A stretch of 62,780 bases of DNA, counting the filler, from Dugesia japonica (lineage: Eukaryota): the NCBI GenBank assembly GCA_001938525.1. It is 6 parts of 6 records of this genome, joined end to end, with 100 filler letters (N's around TTAATTAATTAA, not from the genome) between each part and the next. Parts side by side here need not be neighbours in the genome. Positions count along the whole stretch, not along the records: positions 53,195 to 62,780 come from MQRL01579262.1; 5 more parts are not named here. One strand, written 5' to 3'. How positions within the stretch are numbered: the first letter of the stretch is position 1; each line of letters opens with the position of its first letter. The notes beneath the pieces are model-generated. The model saw only the letters and a list, made by a program, of their open reading frames with translations. It did no database searches and was not told where the DNA came from. The position numbers and the translations under genes are program-made. Below, one piece after another: positions 53,195-62,780 of this stretch.

Positions 53195-55299
53195 AAGATC
53201 TGGATTTTTGGGGACACCAGATTCAAATTCATCGCGGGGTTTTACCAGGTCAATTACCCTACTCTAAATTTCATATAAAGATTGACCCCCTAGTTTTAAT
53301 CATATAAAAAGTCAACCCACCCAGGGTAAAACCTTAACACTAGAATAAACTTCCAGTTTGAATGCCTCAGGCTTTGAAGATTCAACTATAGATTTCAAGA
53401 ACTTAAATATTTGTACCTACTCTCTTTAATATTTTCTCTATGCCTAATTGAGTCAAGCAAAACTCATCTGAAGAAGTTAGCAAATTTCATTTTTTTCCAA
53501 AATTCAAAAATCAAATATAATTACCTACTAAGGCATTTATAAAATTAATTACTAGCATTAAACATAAAAATATTAATATATAAGTGTTTGAAATAAAATT
53601 TGAATTCAACCCACTCGTGTCGGTAAATTTTGAAAATGTGGGGCCCGTGAGTAAAACAACGGACATTTTTCGGGTCAAGGAGGCTGGTTCGGGTCGCGGT
53701 TATTTATTGAAGTCCCTATCGATCATCAACAAAATATTATAGTTGCTTTATATTCCCTTTTAATTTCCAATTTCAATAATTAACACTATAAAATGATATA
53801 CATGAATTGTACATATTAACTGATGTCCCTATACAAAATTAGTATTGTAGGAGTGCTAGAAATAATCAAATACAATAAACTTTGATTAATTTAAGTATAT
53901 TGATAAACATGTGTGATAAACAGTAATTTAACATGTGAGACACAACCTAATATGAATTTATTTCATTTGAATATTTGCTTTATCTGTATTAACTGAAGCT
54001 TACTATATAATGAAAGAAAAATTTGATTAAATTTTTATTGGAAAAAAGGTTGGAATTTATCTATTCCCTGAAATTATGTTTATGCAAACAATTTTTAATT
54101 ATTATTTATTACATAATATTTCACATAATTGTGAAACCCTGCAATATAATAACGGAGGTCATTAATATTGAAAAAATTAATTACTCATTACGTTTGTATA
54201 ATATTATTAAAATATATGTGTAAAACATTTTATCCAGCTTTGAAATATTATAGTTACAATATTTTTATTAAAAAAACGTCTCTTATCCTTAATTTTAGAA
54301 AAAGTAGATCACGGAGGAATTTTACTGACCAAAGTAGATTTTATGTAAATATTAGTTGACAATTATTGTTTGATTATTGTTTCTTTAAAAGCAAGAATGT
54401 ATTTAATTAACTTTTGTATTTAATGAACCGGTTTTTGTCTTAATAGGTAGATCATGTGAAATTCATATTGGCTAATATTTTCATTAACCCATGATCATTA
54501 ACTCTATCATGATAGCCATCGAATTGTTTACATTTACCCTGTATTTTTGTTCATCTATTTTCAATTGTATTTTCAATTATTTATTTAATTAATTTTTGTT
54601 AATTTTAAAAATGATTTTTGGTATCTTTTTCTAATCAAATTGTAAAAATCGTCAAATCGTACGATTTTTAATGAGATAGAAATTACAGGTATTATTAATG
54701 ATGTTTATTAAAAATTCCTGAGTAGTTTAACTGGTTAAACTTAATAAACCGTTGTTCTAACTTCCTTACTCGTGCATATATATGAATAAATTTGAGTAAT
54801 ATTATATGTCATTATTATTATATATTATTATAATATTGTATCTATTAGCGAGAGACCGAATCGACGCCTATTTGTAGAGCCGTTTCTATATGTAAAATCG
54901 ATTGAGGGTATTCAATTATTCTTATGAAGTAGATAGATGATGGCGCATCAGCCTAACTCTCCCCCCACATAAGCTCAGAAAATTTGGGCTGAAGATTTTT
55001 TGCTTTTTTGTAAAAAATTTTAAAAATCGTTTTTTGTGGTCATTTTTTGTTTCAATTAGGTCACATTTGGGATCGTTGTGATCGTAATGTGATGACAAAC
55101 ATGATTATTGCTTTAAAAGTTTTGTGGTACGTTAATTCGAAGGGATTTTCTAAAAAACTGAAAAAATTAAAATAATAATATTACATTGATAAAAAATTAA
55201 AACTATTAAAATATTGCTATGGTAACACATGTAAAATTTTAATTTTCAAAAGTTTATAAATTTAAAAAATAAAAACATAAATTTAAATGACAAGACTTT

Positions 55300-56120
55300 A
55301 TCACATAGGAATTACTGTATCCCCATGGTTTTACCGTAGCACGTAAGCTTTAAAACACATGGGTTTACTATATTCATTGGCTTTATTTAAACACATTGAG
55401 TTTACTTTATTATGTGGTCTTTACTGTGTCACATAAGCTTCGTTGAAACACATTAGCTTTACTGTGTCACATTGGTTTACTCTATCAATTGGCTTACTCT
55501 ATACATTGGTTTACTGTATCACATTAGCTTTACTTTAACACGTAAACTTTACTGTGTCATATAAGCTTCATTGAAGCACATGGGGTTTTACTGTATCCTT
55601 TGACTTTATTGAAATATATGGGCTTACTATGTAACATTGGCGTACTCTATCCATTGGCTTACTGTGACCATTGACTTTAGTGTAATACTGTGATACATAT
55701 CCTTACTATTTATATTGATTAATTGAAACTCGTGGGTTTTACTGTATCACATCAGTTTTCTGTACACATTTGCTTAATTTATACACTTGTTTACTCTATT
55801 TACTGGCTTTCTATATCCCTTCTTAAACTCTGAAAAATTTATGAATTAAGGGAATTAATGGCAATTTAATAAAATTGGTCTATATTATTACATTGTTTTC
55901 TGCGATATTACTATAACCGTTAGTCTACTATTTAAATACAACTGTATTACTTTATCATATTGGCTTACTGTACTAACATGCTTAATCTATTCATTGGTTT
56001 CACTCTATCATATTAGGTTACTGTACTTATTTGCTTACTCTATCCATTAGCTTTGTATATACAGACGCATATAGACTTTGTTGTGTCTATTGATTAATGG
56101 ATTGATTTACTGTATTTACT
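55300..56120. repeat. degenerate ~17-18-bp minisatellite (cattggcttactgtat)
   Basis: Dozens of ttact(g/c)t(a/g)t / cattgg units. Confidence 0.85.
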
Positions 56121-56379
56121 TTGAAAAAAGTTTTATATAATTATGTAATTTGATTACATGTATCCTAAGTTGTAAGATGAAATAGATTATGACTATAGAA
56201 TCTTGTTAACCATCAGTAAACATTCGAATGAGCTTAGTGTTTATTTTAATGAAAATAGTGACTTTTGCTTTTTTCCATGACTTCCGTAAAATATTAAATG
56301 GATAAGGTGACTGTATTGCTTAACTTGAACGAGTAGATTAAGATGAATGACAGCATTGAATGCAATATGTAAGTCAAAT

Positions 56380-56510
56380 ACGTAAATGGATTGAATATAT
56401 AGGTTTAATGAATTTATCGGGTTTATTAAATGTACTAGGTTTATTGGTTGTATTTGGTTAATGAATGTATCATGTTTAATGATTTGAACTGGTCTATATA
56501 GAATGTATAC
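56380..56510. repeat. degenerate 18-bp tandem repeat (ggtttaatgaatgtatc-like)
   Basis: About six units read directly. Confidence 0.7.
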
Positions 56511-57439
56511 AAGTGTTTTCCTTTGTAATATTAAACAATTTCTGAAAGATTTGACGTATATACACGAAGAACAAATTTAAGAAATTTGAAAATATTACAT
56601 TTGATGCAAACAATTAATTTAAACAAAAAATATTTAAAATGTTAATATAATTAATTAATAGTTTTAATTAAAATTTTTTAAAATGAATAGTAGGCATTTT
56701 TTTAAAACTAGTCAAAATTTCCACAATATTTTTAATAATTTTAATCATNNNNNNNNNNNNNNNNNNNNNNNNNNNNNNNNNNNNNNNNNNNNNNNNNNNN
56801 NNNNNNNNNNTGGTTAAAATTTACATAAACTTTTCTATAATAATGACTCTAATACTGACAATTGACTATATACAATCTAACAATTATTCACTAAATTAAT
56901 GATATAGACAAAAAGGTAATATTTTATTTAAATTATATTAATCAATTAATTATAGTTTTTAGAAATAGTTCTTGAGATATTGAACTATCAGTTCCCAAAT
57001 CTTAAGAATGATTCAGTATACTGGGCACCAGGAATATACTGGTACAAAATAAAGCAGTGTACAGGGTTTGATATTGATAAATTGATAAAAAATATACTTA
57101 GATGAAGAATTAAATTCCTTCAATACATATGACTGCTGCGCACGATTAGGACTTGAAAGGATAATACAATTTAAATAAATATTAATCATTACTTTAAAAC
57201 CAACTTTTTACAAAGTTTAAATGATTATATAATTTCAATTGTGCAATCTCAATAAAAAATTTCAATAAAATAATTTTAAGAGCGATGTTGAATCCGTCAA
57301 CTGAACATTAATTTTAGGATTGAATGCCCTTATGAACAAAGCTTCGCACATCACTCTCTCCCAATAATTATTAAATCCAAATTATTAAATTAATTAATTA
57401 TTAAATAATTATAATTATTGGTTTAAAATTTTAATGTTT

Positions 57440-58005
57440 ATCACTTTGAACCCATTTTGAGTTCATTTTCTATATTTTGTCGCCAATTTCAAGTGATTTT
57501 TATCCGTTTTTCAGTCCGATTTTCATCATTTTCGAGCCGATTTCTACCATTTTCGGGTCAATTTCCACCATTTTAAAACTTTTATTGCTTATTTTATCCT
57601 GTTTTGCTCACTGTTACCCAATTTTGCCTGATTACAATTTGAAATCAATAAGGTTTCAACATGAAAAAATAAGAGTTTTATCTTGTAAAATATAGGAATT
57701 CCTTTCAATAAAATCATTCACAATTTGCCTTCATCTTCGCTTGATCCTGGGTTCCTTACTTGCTTATTGGCAAACCTGTGCGCACTTTGGTTTTCATGGG
57801 TTTCTTTTTCTTTTAAATACCAAAATAATTGGTTAGTAAAATCAATCTTTTGACTATAATTTATGCCTAATTATACGGTTTCGTTATTGAAAATATGAGT
57901 TTCACTATTGTAAAATAATGGACTTATCGTATAAAATAATAGACTTATCATAGAAAATAAAAGCTTTACCATTAGGAAATATGAGTTTGGATATAGGAAA
58001 TATTT
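57440..58005. repeat. two degenerate 21-bp tandem arrays
   Basis: ccattttcgagccgatttcta-like units (57480-57575) and aaaataatggacttatcgtat-like units (57890-58005). Confidence 0.7.
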
Positions 58006-60952
58006 AATAAAGTAAATATAGTCACTAATTATACTGCATTTATTTTATATATAGTCCTTTAATATGCTTCTTTTGTTTATGTTGTATCCCTTCTCACTTA
58101 ATTTTCGACCATTTTCTCCGACTTTTAGTCATTTTTTTAATTTTTTTTTTTCACCATTTAATCTAATTACTTAATTTCTACTTATTTTCCAATATTTACC
58201 TTTATTTAGTCATATTTGTAGTCATTTTTCAACATTTACCCTATACATCTATATTTTTCTCTAATTTTTGTTGGATCTTAATCTTTTAAATAGTAACATT
58301 TAAAGATAAAAATAAACATTAAGACTTAGTGATGGTGAGAAAAAGCTAATATGACACGTTTCTTATTTAAAATAATATAATAATTTCAATATATTTTAAT
58401 TGTCTGATAATCCGATGAGTCATAAAAAATTTTTAAGGGTTTGTGATGAGTCATACAGTACCCCTAAATTTTTTGGGGGGTTTCATGGGGTACCTCCAAT
58501 TTTTTTTAGAAAATTTTGTTTTTAATTTTTTTTTAAATTTTTTTTTATATATTTTTTTTTTAAAAATTGTTTTTTAATTTTTTATATAAATTTTTTTTAT
58601 AGATTTTTTTTATAAATTTTTTTTATAGATTTTTTTTTAAAATTTTTTTTTTTTAATTTTTAAAATTTTTTTTTGTCTTGCCTATTTTTGAAATTTTATT
58701 TTTTAATTTTTTTTGTTTTTCGATGAGTCATACTTTTCTCGAAAATTTTTCTATGTCAGAACAAAGACATCATATCCCTCCCTAAAGATTTAAAGAGAAA
58801 ATTTATTGACTCAATCTATCCTGAGTCAAATAAAAAATGATGTTAATTATGTTATTAAAATTAATGTTAATAAATAAATTTTAGTTTACTAAATTGTTTT
58901 CTTTTTTTTATTAATCATTATAGCAAAAATGTTTTATTTTAACAAAAAAAATTATAAAAGTTTATTCCCAAAAAAAAATTAAAAGACACAAAATATATTA
59001 TAACTGACTTGAAAACATGTCACTTGTATCAGTCATCTCATTAGGATTCTAATGAAATCAAGTTTAATACAATTTAACAGAGAAATGATATCAAAAACTT
59101 TTTTTTAAAAATTTGAAAGTTCTTTGTTCTTTGTTTTTCAATTTCCTTGTAAAGCATGCATTTTTTGATATGGGTTCTTTAAAGAATAAATAGGTAGTTT
59201 ACATTTCTCTATCGATTTTTATCAAAATATTTTCAAACATTTTATAATTTCGTGTCTATACATGGTTTTTTATATTTAAAATTTAAAATATTTAAAAACT
59301 TCTCACCAATACGTCAGATTGAAATTCGGTGATAGTACTAATGTCCATTATCTAAATACAATTCCAACGATACCAAGTTTGTCACCATAGCATGTATATA
59401 TGCGTTTTAAATTCAATTTTTAAAATTTAAAAATGTCTTTGTGATAGTGCGCCACTATCTAACTACTCTAACAAAACTACATTTTTAACTATAAAAAAGC
59501 GTTTTTTGAATATAGTCCTTTAAGCAATGTATATATACTTATGAGATAACCAGAAGAATCTAAAGTTTCAGCGGAAAAAAATCAGAAATAAGAAATTCAA
59601 AGAAGGAAAAGAGTAATAAAAGCTTTTATCAGAACAAAGAAAATAACGAATAGAAATTAGTTCATTAGGCAAAATAAGAAAATCATGTTGAGTTAGTTAT
59701 TAAAGAAAGAGAAAATTATTTAAATGAATTAAATAGTGGAAGAAAAACGACGAAATTAAATTAATTCTAGACCAGAAAATAAAAATGAACATTAAATTAA
59801 TATTTAAGAAGAAAATAAAATAAATCATATGAATTAAAATGATTTATTTTAAAGAAGAGAATTAAATTTTTACAAAAATTAGAAAAATGAAGGTTTCTAT
59901 CAATTTAAAATTAACAGTTAAGATAATTAATGTCAAGAAAAAATCTGGGAGTTCAAAGTTAAAAAATCATAGCGAGACTAGGAAAGAAGATACAAGAGTC
60001 TGAAGGTTGACCAACCAAACGATAAAAAATGAAAAATTAACATACTTACTTGAAAAGTTTTTAAATAAAAATGAAGACATTTATCAAATAATAATTTTAA
60101 AACAAATATATTTTGAAATTAAATTGAATCAAATCTAATACAATATTAATTTAAAATAGTAGATAAATTANNNNNNNNNNNNNNNNNNNNNNNNNNNNNN
60201 NNNNNNNNNNNNNNNNNNNNNNNNNNNNNNNNNNNNNNNNNNNNNNNNNNNNNNNNNNNNNNNNNNNNNNNNNNNNNNNNNNNNNNNNNNNNNNNNNNNN
60301 NNNNNNNNNNNNNNNNNNNNNNNNNNNNNNNNNNNNNNNNNNNNNNNNNNNNNNNNNNNNNNNNNNNNNNNNNNNNNNNNNNNNNNNNNNNNNNNNNNNN
60401 NNNNNNNNNNNNNNNNNNNNNNNNNNNNNNNNNNNNNNNNNNNNNNNNNNNNNNNNNNNNNNNNNNTATTAGGTTCATGAATAATTCGTTAGAATTTCAA
60501 TGAATGAAAGAATAAATTTATATTACAAGTTGATGCTTAATTGGTTAATTAACCACATTTGAAGGTCCATTGTCAAAGAAATTTTTATATTAAGGTTAAA
60601 GTATTTGAATAATTAACCAGTTATTAATTGTAAACTATATATTCAGTGTGAATTATAGGGCTGTCCGAACTTATGCACCTCAATAGAAAAGTAGACACCG
60701 CAGTCACTATGAAAGATATAGCCAAATAATGAGGCATATGTGACATTTGGTACCAAGAAAATTAAAATAAAAAGGTTTATGGGCAATATAAGTTTATAGT
60801 GGAAAATACTATGTACGATAACATAGCATTAGAAGAAGGGGGACAAGAACTCTCGCTATCAATTACCAAATAAATATATAAAATATATATATGTATATAT
60901 GAATATATGTGTAACTATGTATAACTCTTATTAATTGTTTTCTTTTTAGAAA

Positions 60953-62038
60953 ATGGATCCTGAATTAGCCGCAAGAAAGATTCATTTACGCAATACATGT
61001 AAAATAATTCTATATGAAAAACATCGCGTCCTAAAATACCCATTAAATTACGGTTAGGATAATGTAGGTAAGATTATTTACTATTTATCCGAAGATGCTG
61101 AATGCCCTATTTGTTACGAATACCCAGAAATGCCACGAATCTTCGAATGTGGACATTATTTCTGTTTTAACTGCATACTCAAGACTTTCATTCTCTCCAA
61201 TTAAAATCTAGTCCCTTGTCTAGTTTGCTGTTCATGTAGAGTAGATGCTTTCCATCCTAAAAGAGTGTCCTTCATAAAGATGCCACCCCTAAAAATAGGA
61301 CAACAGCTTAGTATGATATTAACCCTCAAAGTTCCCTTCAATAACTGCACAAGAATTGCACATCACCTGCCCCTATATTATCAAGAAGATATTCTCAAAT
61401 TTGGTGACCTGGTTGGTAAATATAATAATATTACTATTCAGAGAGATGTCCTCTCAATCAGCCAAATACAGAATGACCTGTGCACAACCAGAATAACAAA
61501 TCACCCGAAAAGGGATAAAGACAATATGCTGCTACGCCTCAACAACGAATTAAGAAGATTCAACAACAGAATCAAGATACAAGACATATTCGAATTCGTC
61601 AAAAGTTTCTGCAACAATAAAAACGCTTCCCAATTCAACCTCCTCCGCCACTGAGATATATTGTCACCCCAGCTATATTACCAAACTGACCGTTATCATA
61701 ACCTCTACATTAATTATGAACAACAACAGAAAATACTCCAATCATCAATACTTAAAATACCTTACGAATTCGTGGTAGAAAAAAAATCAATAAAAACAGA
61801 AATTGTACAGACCTGTCATTCAGTTTTGTACACAGGGCAAAGAATCATTATCATCTCAATTGACATTATTCGTTCTATGGTACTTGAAAATCTACCCAGA
61901 TACGCAACCCTGTTTAAACATTATGATGAAACCTTGAGAAAAGAAAAGAGAGAACAACTGAAACTAAAAAAGATAGCTAATCACTGTAAACAATCGAAAA
62001 AAAAAGAACCAAAAATTTATAACTTGACCAAAAAATGA
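60953..62038 (+). pseudogene. divergent intronless RNF10/Mag2-like C3HC4 RING E3 ligase with in-frame stops
   Basis: One frame from ATG 60953: LRNTCKIIL...YG*DNVGKII...ECPICYEYPEMPRIFECGHYFCFNCIL...PCLVC...KIGQQLSMIL...LYYQTDRYHNLYI...LRKEKREQLK. This parallels RNF10 (ANCQF...WDFVEQV...CPICLYPP...CGHIFCWACIL...VGDTITMQL...FYQAEDGQ...coiled coil). Stops at 61055, 61202, 61652, 62036; no frameshift; tttttAG acceptor 3 nt before the ATG. Confidence 0.7.
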
Positions 62039-62198
62039 CAGCCCTTAGAAAAATTCTCAAGACCTACATCTCCATATCCCACTTTACCACAAATCGAAGA
62101 GGAATTTAACCCATGTATATTTAATGAACCCTGCAATAATCAAATACCCTCGGGATTAGACGATATGGGCTGTCCATGCTTTACCCTATTTCTTACTC

Positions 62199-62420
62199 AA
62201 GATGCGGGTGCATCTTCTTTCGGAAGGGGGACATTTGTTGGGGAAAACCAAAATCCAAATATGACATTCACATGAACACACTCAAAACAACTCGCATGCA
62301 CACATACAAACATAATCAGAACATCCAGCACCTCAACTAACCTACCCAAGATCAACAGAGAACAACAATCAGAATCCAAGATCATTATTCAATTAATTAG
62401 TGATCAACTCCCAATGTGAA
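62199..62420 (+). mobile_element. putative hairpin + polypurine tract (62222-62231) + LTR start (TGTTGGGG at 62236)
   Basis: AAGATGC-gggt-GCATCTT hairpin, then ttcGGAAGGGGGAcatt|TGTTGGGG, the usual Ty3/Gypsy 3' junction layout. Confidence 0.55.
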
Positions 62421-62780
62421 CAATTAATTTGACTATTAATCTGATCAATTCCAAATGTGAACAATTTAATTTTAATTTGTGATTTGAATTTTCAACATTT
62501 TTTTATTTTTATAATATTGTAAAACAATTTTATTCTTATGTAAAATTTCAACATTTTATTTTTAGAATATCGTAAATATGAAAAATTAGGGATTCGAACA
62601 TTTATGTGAAATTTTAAAATATTGTAAATAATTTGTGAATTTTATAATTGATTTCGATGTTGTAAATAATTCGTGAACTTTATAATTAGAACTGATTTTG
62701 ATAACGTTTATAATTTTTCGACAATTTTATTAATAATTGTCGTTTAAATATTAAATATTTATAATTATTGTTGTAATTCT

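Noticed and set aside
55300-56120. CRISPR-like repeat-spacer array
   Set aside because: Units are contiguous and degenerate with no unique spacers; no cas genes; eukaryotic context.
59443-59460. Hairpin gatagtgcgccactatc as a Helitron 3' end
   Set aside because: No CTRR terminus at the expected distance.
60146-60478. 110-aa ORF
   Set aside because: Almost entirely N gap.
60953-62038. Alternative genetic code or programmed readthrough explaining the in-frame stops
   Set aside because: All three stop types occur, each explained by a single transition, and the basigin-like gene reads normally in the standard code.

Overview
Very AT-rich, repeat-dense animal nuclear DNA with short GT-AG introns and (ATT)n tracts. 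It looks like a planarian/flatworm assembly, which is an inference only. The window is not one contiguous locus: five identical 100-nt spacers (44 N + TTAATTAATTAA + 44 N) join six ~9-12 kb scaffolds. I can support one apparently intact host gene, the 3' exons of a basigin/neuroplastin-like Ig membrane protein (8762-9465). The rest is mostly decayed mobile DNA: Ty3/Gypsy remnants and LTRs, Tc1/mariner copies, hAT/pogo MITEs, Polinton/Maverick remnants (PolB plus terminus; integrase-minor capsid-core-major capsid cassette) and periodic minisatellites. Three observations stand out. (1) Three unrelated non-gag/pol genes abut LTR-retroelement-like boundaries (hairpin + polypurine tract + TG start, or a CCCCAACA end). 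One is a divergent intronless RNF10/Mag2-like RING E3 ligase; two appear to contain introns. This suggests a cargo-carrying LTR family. (2) A dispersed palindromic repeat carries Penelope-type minimal hammerhead ribozymes in divergent pairs. (3) A 6-kb TIR-bounded element has swallowed two Gypsy elements. All protein family calls come from motif recognition by eye, not database searches.
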